64,000 bases of DNA from Trichoplax adhaerens (taxonomy: Eukaryota; Animalia; Placozoa). The notes under the pieces are model-generated. The model did not search any database and was not told where the DNA came from. It was given only the letters and a program-made list of their open reading frames with translations. Position numbers and translations under genes: made by a program. Numbering within the stretch: the stretch's first letter is position 1; every line of letters begins with the position of its first letter. The stretch is taken from NCBI RefSeq assembly GCF_000150275.1, contig NW_002060953.1, positions 2,258,719 to 2,322,718 of the forward strand, in the 5' to 3' direction. Positions 12,853 to 24,900 of the stretch are shown in pieces.

Positions 12853-12972
12853 CTTGTTCAAATAGGAGGAAAATGTTTTCAATAGTTTGACTGTCGTTTT
12901 CAAGGTGGAGAACGCTTGCGATGATTTATGTGAAATTGATCGAGGCCTTTTATAACATCGATTTAAACTCAT
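12853..12972 (-). CDS. Candidate upstream coding exon of the VAT-1-like gene (40-aa basic leader)
   Basis: ATG at 12972, 120 nt open, strong donor AAG|GTGAGT at 12852. Joins in phase 0 to acceptor ctttcatag|TCG at 11848 and reads through SQIDSN into the ATG at 11830. Peptide MSLNRCYKRPRSISHKSSQAFSTLKTTVKLLKTFSSYLNK. Confidence 0.5.
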
Positions 12973-13570
12973 GACGTCGTTGTTTCCTTTTGCCCAGTCG
13001 CGTCACGTTCCTCAATCAACCGTACCGTCTGCGAGTGAGCCACAGCACATTGTACTCTAAAAATTCCATACAGAGCCAATCCGCATACAGTACAAAGTCG
13101 TTCGCTTACAGTGAACTGTACTGTAAACTCCAGACTCTAAAATCCAGGACAGTACCGTATCCAACCGATCCACGTCTACAGTCTTACTCGCCTAAAAATA
13201 GATTCGATTTGAAGTAGATTAGACTTGATGGCCGGGCCTATAGCCTCGCAGTTCAGTACTGTCCTGCGAGTCTATACAGTACAGTACAGTAAGTGAACAT
13301 TACGTTCATTATTTACTTAAGGGTATGACGTAATGGTTAGCGGTACAGTATTGGACGCACCGATCCCTCTTGTAAATAAAAATTCCTGGTCTTCCAGTTT
13401 AACCCAATGGCGATTCCTTCTGACAGTGTAATTTATACAATTATGATGTATGTATGATACAGTACCCTACTCTTATGTAAACAACTTGACGACATGATAG
13501 CGAAAGGCCTTGATGGCGTTATGCCCTTTCTGTTGAAATGGAGTAGCAGGAATCTACAGTACTGTAGGAT
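12970..13570. promoter_or_regulatory. Probable promoter region of the VAT-1-like gene: CpG-richer island with clustered TACAGTA/TACTGTA and CRE-like sites
   Basis: More C/G and CpG than the flanks (by eye). TACAGTA-type words at ~13086, 13119, 13275-13291 (x3), 13344, 13458; palindrome CTACAGTACTGTAG 13554-13567; TGACGT half-sites at ~12972 and ~13326. Lies directly 5' of the candidate first exon. Confidence 0.45.
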
Positions 13571-13635
13571 TGTCAACGATGATGTAGATTTCAGCTAGCA
13601 TCGACCTGATCGCATAGCACTTACTGAGGTAGTTT

Positions 13636-14130
13636 AGTTATTTCGCTATTTTGCCTTGAAACTGATTCTGATTGAGTTTTTTGGACATAACTGAATGATT
13701 CTCGGTAAACGAATCGCATTGAAATATTGCCATATTTATCTGAATCGATTAGTCTAGTCCATTAATACCATCAAGAATGAGGACAAAATAACATATTAAC
13801 AGATATTTTGCTATTTTGCCTTGAAACTGATTCGGATTGAGTTTATTTGACATAACTGAATGATTCTAGGTAAACGAATCGCATTGAAATATTGCCATGT
13901 TTATCTGAATCGATTAGTCTAGTCCATGAATACCATCAAGAATGAGGACAAAATAACGTATTAACAGTTATTTCGCTATTTTGCCTTGAATCTGTTTCGG
14001 AATGAGTTTTTTTTTTGACATAACTGAATGATTCTAGGTAAACGAATCGCCTTGAAATATTGCCATGTTTATTTGAATCGATTAGTCTAGTCCATTAATA
14101 CCATCAAGAATGAGGATAAAATAGCGTATA
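13636..14130. repeat. Tandem repeat, 165-bp unit x3
   Basis: Units start at 13636, 13801 and 13966 (AGTTATTTCGCTATTTTGCCTTGAAACTGATTC...CCATCAAGAATGAGGACAAAATAAC); near-identical copies with few substitutions and a T-run indel. Confidence 0.95.
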
Positions 14131-16156
14131 TTTGATCAGTTGAACTTTAAACTAGCGGATCAATCTTGATCCAAACTAGCTATACCTAATGTTATAGTGG
14201 ATTAAAGCTACTCGAACGAGGATGATCAGGATTGAATTAGTAACGAAATTAGAAGACTAAATTAAATTTCATCCTAACACCTACTTTGCCGTTTTCGACA
14301 AATTGTGATTGACGAAGTGCTATACCTATAGATAAAGATAAATTAACATCGCTTGATTTTGTTTACTTTATATTTACATTCCTTCTACTGTACCATTTTC
14401 GATGCAAAGCGAATAATTTATAAATTGATAACAGTATTTTGTTAGACTGTTCTTATCTTTACTCTTAGGTACTTTACCATTATCAGCATATTATCATTGA
14501 TAAAGTGTTATACTGTACTTATACAGAAATAAATAGCAACGGTTTGCTCAATTATTCTACATCGGGTATAACAAATCTAATCAACAGTGCTAGAAATAAT
14601 TATTGTCAACTTTATTATTTGACGTTTTCTACCAGTAATTTATTATACGTGTTTGGACACTAATATTAGACTTGAGATTGTTACTAATCACGGTTAATCT
14701 GTATTCTGTAATTTAGGGCAATAAATTGATTGGCTATACAACAAAAGGTCATAGTCATGCGATCCATATTCAAATTAAATTGCAACTGCACTCAATTGGA
14801 ATAGGCGTAATTCTATCAAAGTATGACTACATTTTATTGAATAATTTACATGGTAAAATATCATAAATCAAAACTAGATCATATAGTTTTGCCCTGAGCT
14901 GAAGTACGTATATCCATAAGCATGAATCTTTGTTATGAATGTTTCCAACTACATGATATTGAGGGAAATTGATTAAACCTAAGCATAAACTACCGACTCG
15001 TAGAAGTGTTGATCGTTACACAGCTGCTTCTCGATAGTAAGCCACATATGTATGATTCCCGTTTTATGAGTAGTTATAGTACTACAGGTTAGCACTACAT
15101 ACTACTGAATTTAATATTTCTGCCGCATCTGACAATGAAATAAAATTAAACATATTCTTGATTTCTTATATATCGTCAATATTTGTCTTATTAAGATGCC
15201 CTTCTGATATTACCAGACATCGTTGTTCTTGTAGTACCATGACTTTGTGATTACATTGGTTGCAATAATGATAGTTTTTAACTTGATTAAAATTAAGTTA
15301 TGAAATGCAATAGCAAGTAACAAATAATATTGCCAAATGATCTCCAACTCACTAACTTATATATACTGTAACTGTGTGAGTATTATTTGCACACAAAAGC
15401 TGAATAACATATCGGAATCTGGGATATTAGATAATTCCAATATTCACGGATAGTTCAATTTTCCTGACTATGATCATGTAGATTGTAAGAATAACAATAA
15501 TGAAAATAATGAAATTCGTAGGACCACTTCTTTCATGCAAGTGGTTCATTATGGGCATTTATGAAGAATTGATTTCGTTCAGAATTAACGCTACACTTTA
15601 TTAATAAGACATTGAAGGGAACAATTTGTAAGCCTTTGCGCTAGTTGGAGGATAGTTCGACAAAGGTAATATCATGCGACTGAAGAATGCGAAGATTGAA
15701 CAGTCAAGGTGCCAGTAAAACAAAAGGTCCTGAGTAAATCTATCAGCCAAGTTTAATATTGCCCGTAAAATGTATATAGTACTGTACAACGTATGTTGTG
15801 GGAGATTCAAATAAAGTAGTAAAAGACTGCAAATTCCAATTTTAATAACGCTACGAATTAGGCTTGTAAATATATCTATAACCTTATCACATCATTTACG
15901 TAATTCGAATACAAGTAATATTTCGTATATCAACTTAACCGTATAAAGATGAAGCTGAAATATCATGATTAACAATAACAAGAACAATCTAGCCATATAA
16001 ATAATACGTCAAAATAGGATGCACCAAGTTCTAAATTACTGCTAATTTACAACTAATTACACTCAAGATATGGAATTCCACAAACAATTTTAAAGTTGAT
16101 TTAATTTATTTTATTAGCTAAATGAAAATTTTAGAGCTATTTTATGAATCTCGTCA

Positions 16157-16612
16157 GACACTTGGGTAGTTCTGTAAATGTGAATTATGAATGGTTAAGT
16201 GGATCCGTATACTAAATCGTTCTTTGCTTGATATACGACATTCGCTAACCAACTGCATAAATGCGGTACAAAATAGCTGTGCATTAGGAAATTGTTCTGA
16301 AACATCGGGAATAGAATCAATGTTAAAATTTATCAGATAAGCAAGATAAAACTGGATACTCTTCCCGATGTCATAGTCCCATTAGAGTTTCGTTAATGTA
16401 AAGCTTCTCATCCTCTCAGCATCACTACTATATATTAAAGATTTGATCCAAAGCAGTTCGAAGCGTGCAATTACTTTATGTGCAAGTTCAATTGTATCAT
16501 TTAGAACATGTAGGATAGCATTCCAGTACAGTAGAAAGCCACTGTTGATAACACAGCTTATGTCGTAAAACCACAGGCGATTATGTAAAGCAGCGGGCGT
16601 TTTGTTATTAAT
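16157..16612 (-). pseudogene. Decayed coding segment, possibly nucleotide-diphospho-sugar transferase (GT77-like)
   Basis: 152 codons with a single internal TAA (16382-16384) and no early start codon. Ordered motifs INSGFLLY...TIEL, FPNAQLF, IHN resemble NSGF / FPNG / HxN of that family. Confidence 0.3.
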
Positions 16613-18945
16613 TTACCGTCGTTAATTCAACCCGACATAAAGAACTAATTGTTATTAATGCTCTCATAAAGTTTGATATTTTAGCAAATGTCGGAAATAA
16701 TACATGTAATATCCAAACTATCACGGGATCCCGCGTCATTTTTATCTCCATACGATTATTTTTTAAACTTCTTCATAAATTTCACAAAAAATTAAAACCA
16801 TTACGTTAGAGCTGCGGTAAGTAATACGACTTGACGTATAACTATGAGATTTTTGTCACACGCTTTGTTAAACGTAAAAGTTTCCTTATTTTTATCAGAC
16901 AATGTCATGGATAAAGTCTGTTAATTATAAGCATTGACGATGTTAATTAAGGATATCAGTTGATATAAGAAAAACTTAAGTTAATACAGTTTTACTCTAT
17001 CAATGTCTGCAAAGGGTAATGAGCACGATACTTCCCTAGCATCTGGCTTTTATGACAAAAGAAAGAGGGCGTTTTCCTTATTTAAAGTTATCTTCCCGTA
17101 AAGCTGTAAATCAAGATTAACTATTATCGCATGTTTAATACATAAATAATAACACTTGAATAGCCGTAATACGACTAGAACTTATTGCTGTAATACCACA
17201 TGCAAACATTTTTTACAATAGTAATTAAAATATTTGAAATATGCGCTGGAAAATGACACTGCTATATCAGTGAAATGCGGATTTTCCTTATGTCATTATC
17301 CTGATTATGACATCAAGATTAATAAAATGAGATTGAATCAGGGCCATATTTCCAAAAAAAGTTTTGCTTAATCAATATCAAAAAATGCTACCAGAAAGTA
17401 GCCAACTTATCCATGATGAAAACAAAGTTTCAGAATTCGTTCCACGTTTTTCAGAAAATCGCTAGTGGCTCGATTATCATTTTACCATCAAAGGACGAAA
17501 TCTAGTTCAATTCTATCTAGGCATAGTATGAAACTCAAAAATACATAATAGCAGTATCTCGTGCAGTAGCTCTAATTAGGACATTTATAATCCTAGGTTA
17601 TCTGTAATTTATACTTCAGAATAATCACAAGGACAAACGTAATTTATCGCGTTTATGTATCGAACTAGCTTTTGAAAGGTAGTCAGAATAAAAGTCATGA
17701 CATTTAAGTGTGGTGTGATGCTACAGCGTTAAGCTGTGGATTAATCTAATTAGTCAATTTGTCGAAAAATATAACTCTCTGAATCATTCGTTGATAATCT
17801 CCATAATAATATGAATTAAAATAATGTTAGTGGATAAAATTTATCTAAAAGCTATCAGCCATAACGAATTACCAAACTGTAATGAATTATAATGATTTTT
17901 TTTAAGGAACCCGCAATTATTTTTCTACATCTTTTTTGTTAAATAAGTTATGCCTACCTATTTAATATCAGCGGGTCTCCACAAAACTGCACGTGATTAA
18001 AAAGCTGATGCATGGGATTTAAAGTAGACTGCTGTGTATTAATTATTACAAAATACGGATCATAACAATTAAGCCTAATTCATGTTACTGATCATCCATT
18101 GTAATTTCAAGACAGCCTGGATTATTACTCTTGCCACCCACTGTGCTATCTCTACTTTTCAAGAAAAAAAATGCATCCTTCATTGTGCGGCTAGTATTTA
18201 CTTATTTTATAATTTACTGGTACTTTTCGTTAGGATAAATCGTATATCTATGCGCCCTGAATATTTCTTATTATTTCCTAGCATACTAATCCTTCTATTT
18301 TCGAAATTAGTAAGTTATTCAGATGGGCGTGGGCATTTAGCTACCATCATAGCCATCTTATAACGTCAAATTATAAATGATCATATTTGATCTAATGAAG
18401 GGCAAAGAATACTTCGTCAACATTGCATGTAAATCGCTGACAAAGGTTTGCTTATTGAATAATTACGACTGGTCCCATGAGACCTGATAGTACATGTATC
18501 TGATCACCACATAATTTATTCTAACCTGTTTTAAATTATTACTTGCTGATAGATTCAAGGACAGCATCAAATACTTCAGGCCATTACTTATTCTAATTGG
18601 TTAAAGAAATCTGTATCACGATCTTTTAATGTTCAAAAGGCACTAGAACTTGTAAAGGAGATATGAAAACTATTTAATAACACTTGCAGCTTGTTCCGTC
18701 TTCTATAAAGCAATTTATTTTCAGTTATCTTTTCGTTTCTTTCAATTGCAAGATCAGAATTAGCAAATAGTCTAGTCAGATAAAATTTAAGCAAATTTTC
18801 TAAAGCTATCTCACATATGTATATTACATACCATCAACACCTACTATCCGACTCATAAGCGAAAAGTTCAAGAACAGTTTATTACCTAGCTTTTCTGCCT
18901 GTAACATCGCTTTTACGGGTGTATGTTAATTCAAGTAAGGGAAGA

Positions 18946-21900
18946 ATGCTAAGTCAACATATTTACGACGTCATTGGAAAATACTATGATAAAATTGTGG
19001 ATGGGATTGATTTACGTAAACTGATAGTTTGTGACTCTTTAAATCAGCTGAACCTTTTTCATGATGAAATTCAAGAGTTGTGTGGATTTCGTTCCAAAAG
19101 AAAGCGAAATATAGAATTTATAAAAATTCTAAAATGCCGAGATGACGAATATTTTATCCAATTCTGTGATTTACTTCGTAAATCTTATGCTGAAGGGAGA
19201 GGATGGATGCGCTATAATTTAGGTGAAATATTAGAACAAGAAGCAAGAATTTTTGCTGGTGGCCACAACGGTAAGACTCCACATACATCAGAGAGACTTT
19301 TAAAGAGTTGTCAGAATCTTTCTCATATAAGCTTTATAACCAACAATGTCCAATAATTTCGACATGTAAGCCATTGAATTAATTATTTCTAGTTTTGATA
19401 TACCGCTCTTATTAGTTAATGTAGTTCTCAAATCAATAGATTGATGCATAAGGAATTCTTTTTAATCATTGCATTAAGATTGCCGAATTTTTCAATCATG
19501 CGAGAGAAGACATTTTACTACTTATTACCATAATCTGCTAGTTTTTTTATTAAACATGAGTTCTTAAATTCAATTATCTTTAATCGCTTATCACGTAATG
19601 ACCTATCTTAATCATCCATTTTAAAAAAATTCCTTTCTTGCCAAGGAGCTAAAGCCGTTGTTTCTCCTTTATATATTTTTTTATCTGGTATAATTATGCT
19701 TTACAATTATTAGAGAAATTAGTTACTAGTTATGGTATCAAGAACAATTTTTTATTTAATAAAATTATTCAATATTACAGTTATAAGCGGCAATGAAATT
19801 TGTAAAATGGCCAACAACTTTATCTATCCCCAACTGAATCGTTATTTACTAGGTTAGTTTTTATGAAAACAGGTTCATGATAATTCTCGATTAGATAGTG
19901 ATTATTAGATATTACTTGCGTTTATTACCTACCTAGTTATATTAAAATTAATCTCTTCATTGTATTGAATGACAATCGACCTCTTAATTCATTGAATATT
20001 GTCTTGAATTTGATAATGACAACCAAAACAGAAATTTGGAAAAAAGCTACGATGATTAGCGGTTATCGACCAAGCCCGCAAGCATACGGTAAGCACCACT
20101 AAATTATTACCTATATTTCTCTTTGTATTCAAGGTCGATCTAGTTTATCGTTGCTAAGCAGAATGACCAACACAGCTACTAGAAATTATTATCATTTAAC
20201 GTCACTGCTGAAAATATTTTGATAATATCATGATTTAAGAATGTTAAAAATTTTATATAAAATTCTTCATTTTATTTCAATGCTATAGTCTACGTTATCT
20301 CTGTTCCAGCTAGTATATAATGTTTGCACGAGACTATACTGTAATACATTTAATCTATTTGTACGTAGAATCATTTATTTAATACTGGAAACTGTATCCT
20401 CGTATCTTTCTTTCCTGTATTAATAAGATATTTAAAACAGCAATAGTTTCTACAAATATATAGCTTTCCTTAGTTTATCGTTACTATACAAGTAAATTTG
20501 GTTTCAGTATTGATATGCGTTAACACACATATGTATATTAATTATGTAATACGTAAAAGGCTGGCTTCGCAATGTTCCTGAAATTTCGAAGAAACGCTAC
20601 GTGATTCGACAAGATTTCTTGACGACCCTTCGCAATCAGTTGCTGATCTTGAACGATCACGTCAGTGGACAGATTTTAGTTCATGGACTGCCGGGTAGCG
20701 GTAAAACTGTTGCTGTTAGTCAGGCTGTACAACAAATCGTTGTAGATGACGACTGCTTTCGTCGCTATGGAGTATATTGGATCAAAATCGGTACTCCTAT
20801 TCACATTGATTTAATATCATAAACGTTTACCATTATACAAGTCATATACATAAAGAACGAAAATAGAAAAGTTTTACTCCAGTAAATTTCGAACGAAATA
20901 GATGATCATATGATCCACTACAGCGAAATTATAAGTCGCTAAATACTTCTAAACATTTTGTTACGTTGCACGATATGAAAATAGGTTAAATCAATATTAT
21001 GGTTGAAAGATTATTATACTACTGTATTCTGTAGTTTAATTAACATAAATCTGATTTTGAAGTATATCACTTTTGTCACTCGTTGAGCATAACTTACTTA
21101 AGACCATGCTTATATTTAATTCATTCGATCATGAATTAATCCTTTGTAGGCAATATCAACGAAAACGAACTTTTAGAAATTTTAAGAAACTTAGCAGTTA
21201 AGCTACGAGTTCGGTGGGATAAATCTCCTCGAAATTTACAGGAGATAACTCAATATCTTGAGCAGTTCTTTTCCGGTAAGTGTACCGTATCTATTTAATT
21301 TTTGATGATAGAATAGTTAGCTCTGACTTAGGCTAAATAGTATAAAATTGCTTAAAATTGCTTGAAATCACGAAAAATTACTAAAATCCTTATGACAAAT
21401 TTTTTAAATTCTATTTTGTAATTTTATAACTGATTGGCTTTATTATGCTTGTAAAAACAAAATTTTTCTAACTAGTCAATAAAAAGCATTCCAACATCCT
21501 TTTCGTTTTTGACGACATTCGGAACCAGTATCACTTAAATTATTTAAAATTCGCTAAGAAATTTATAGCTACTTCGAGAACACTTCACGATAGTACCAGT
21601 TGCCGCATTATCTCCTCACCGGTCAGTATTCTTAAATCAGTCTCAAAGCAAATTGTATCTAATTTAAGGGTATAAGTAAATGCGTATGCACCTTAGATAG
21701 TATAAATATTTCATATTCATATTCGTATTGTCGCTTAATACATTCTTTTAAAATTATTTTGATAGATTTCATTCACACAAGATGAAGCTATGAAAATTTT
21801 AGCTCAACATTACAGCAAAAAGACGTTGGAAGAATACCGAAATTGCATTGATCAAGTCATTCGTACATGTGAAAGCTTACCACTCGCGGTTGCAATCCTT

Positions 21901-24900
21901 GGAGGTTTAAAATTAAGAAATAAAAGAGAATGGCAACAAATTTTGGTTATACTTGCAGGAAAAGACGGAGAAAACAATTTAACAGACAATACTTCCTTGC
22001 TATATAAGTTATTTGATTATAGTATCCACAGATTGGATTATGCTAATCAAGATTTGTTTCGAAATCTTGGAGTATTCAAGCGAGTGAAAATTCCTATTAC
22101 CTCAATCATGGCACTCTGGAAGCTGGATGAACTAGCTACAAGACAAATTCTAAATGATTTTAATGAAAGATCATTATTAAGATATACTGATAAGTACAGG
22201 TAAGCAAAATATTTAGGAAGTCTATAATTATATAATTTTCTATGCTTTATTACATATTTTCCATAATTAACCATGAAGGCGATTATAGTATATATATACA
22301 CATCGACTGATATCATACTTTATTCTTCCTATTAAGACGATACTATATTTTGGATGATTTGATGGTCGATTATCTCCAACTATCTTTGGATCCAAATAAA
22401 TCTTCGCAGTCTTACATGCGAACGCTAAATCGTAGACTTATCGCCGGTTATGGGCATTATTGTCAAGGAAAGTGGCATACCTACCCCGACGATGGCTATT
22501 ATTATCAGCATTTTATTTATCACGTAATACAAGCAGAAGATAATAAATTATTGGAATCGGTCCTGAGTAACAGTAAATGGGTATCAACTCAACTCACATT
22601 ATATAAAACGAAACGCTATCTTCCAGCTAATCTACAAAATACCATCAGTTATATTGCCAAGAAGCAACTCGTGGTGAGGTTAACCTATGCGAAAGTGTTC
22701 AACCATCTACGTTAGCGATATTGTCTAATTATATCTGTATTGCAGATTTTAGGCTACATAAATGTACATTAATGCATAACACTATATTTACTATTGCATA
22801 TTTCTTTGATTGCCATATTTTAAACCCTTCTGGCTAAGTTTTCATCACTGATGTTTTAGGATGAAGAAATGCATGAAGAGCTGCTTAACCTACTGAATCA
22901 ATATCTATCCTATTTTGACATCAGTCAATTAAATTTTATTCAGTTTTTACTTTATTGTGCTCCAAAAGACAGCTGGATTGCTAGCCGAGCCTTAGAGTTG
23001 GCAAAACACAGTAATCAACGTGATGGAAGACCCTACTGGGTTATAACAGGGTAATCTTATCATTTGAATCTCAAAAATTTACATAATCTCTATATAATAG
23101 TAAATGGCTTTGTTTATGGAATAGATATCGAAAATGTGAGCAAGCTGAGTTCTCTACAAATTTATCACGAGAACTGGAAATAGCTGAAAAAGATGTAATG
23201 CCTGAATGGTCCAACCCACGTTATGGCAATTCTAGAATTATACAAACCAAAAATAATCAACATGATGATCGTCAAATTTTGGTAATTACCTAAGACTAAA
23301 GTCATGTAGTGCATCTTTCTCCAGTAAAGTCTCACGTGAAATATACTACAAGTTAAGCCACTCTAATTCATCATTGAATTATAATTTCAAAATGATAACC
23401 TCTTTAGGTGACCGATGCTGCAACGGGTAATGTTATATTTAAAAGTCAGTCTTCATATGATCTCATCAGTGAAGTTCAAATTTCGGCTGATGGTAAAGTT
23501 GCTGCTTTCAAGATCGGATACTGGGTAAAAATCTTGAAGCAATTTTAATTAAGCCTGTTCATCGATTAGATTACTTCGCTAGAAGCTATAGATTACGATA
23601 TTCAAATTTCAAAGCTAGTTGTCGATAATATTTATCTGATTATTCAACTTAACTTTTAGCCGCTATCTCCTGTATTTCAATTTTTGCATTCTTTTATAAC
23701 ATTATACACGAAATTACTAATTAACCTTGGTATTTATTTTATGTATGTATAATGTATCTGACAGAAATGCCAATGGAAAGTATACAACGTTGATAGTGGA
23801 GAACGATTACGATTTGTACTGCATCAACCAGAAGGGAAAATGAAAAAAGTTAAATGCTGTATGCCGAACCTTAATTTCTGCCCAATAATTGTAAATGACC
23901 AAACGCTTTTTATGACCATTGATACCAACAGTAATAATTTTATTGTAAGTCGAATTCTATTAACCCTAATCCAGGATAAATCGTTTTGAAGGCTGCATCA
24001 TGATAAATTTGTAAATAAATTACATCATCATGTATGAAATGCAGATAAATTCACGCAGTGTACACAGTATTCGAAGTAAATCGATTGTCAACATTTGTCT
24101 TGATAGATCTGGAAAGTAAATAAACTGCAAATTGAAGAAATGCAAAGATATTCAAGCCCGGATGGAATCAAGCAATGCGAGTTTATAAAAAATGATAGCA
24201 AAATCATGATTTGTCAAGATTTAGATGAAGAAAAATATCGAGTTGAAGTAAGATTCTATCGATGATACGTTGCTTGAAGTTTAAAAGTCGATTAAATAAT
24301 TTCATATATCTTGCGTCTAAATAGTTACTAGTACTAGGACAAGAGAAATTTCATCGATCATTTCAAATTCCTAAATGGATTATAAAAGACCGTGATGGGA
24401 AATTTATTAATTCTAGACATCATACAGACTTGTGGTTAAAATACGTAAAGTACATCGATAAGGACTGTGCTGCAATTGTGACTGCATATGATAATGTCCT
24501 TGGGTTATTTTCTGATTCAGTCTACGAAAGAGTAGCCATTGATTTTACTTACAATGTTGCCAATACTTTTCAACCAATTTTTGAGTGCGACAACGATATT
24601 ACAAACATTGATATTTCGGATGATCATCGATTTATTGGAATGCTTTGTTGGTCTAGAAATGTGATTGTCAGTATAAGTTTTTAAATTAATAAAATTTTTA
24701 ATATTTAAATTGCAATTAAGATAGACCTCGCTCTATTAATGAGCATCAAACTGTACGCCAAACTTTATGATTAGGTAATGAAAATTGAAGCTGGCCACGT
24801 GCATTCTTATATCACTATCGATACTTTACAAGACATTCATGATTTCATGTTCATCCCTGCAAGCCAGCATCTAGTAGTATACAACGCAGAAAGCAAACAC

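Noticed and set aside
12990-13217. 75-aa ORF with TTG start in the promoter island
   Set aside because: Non-ATG start in a eukaryote; explained by locally higher GC and the repeated TACAGT words.
13636-14130. Tandem array considered as CRISPR
   Set aside because: Whole 165-bp units repeat with no unique spacers; eukaryotic context; no cas genes.
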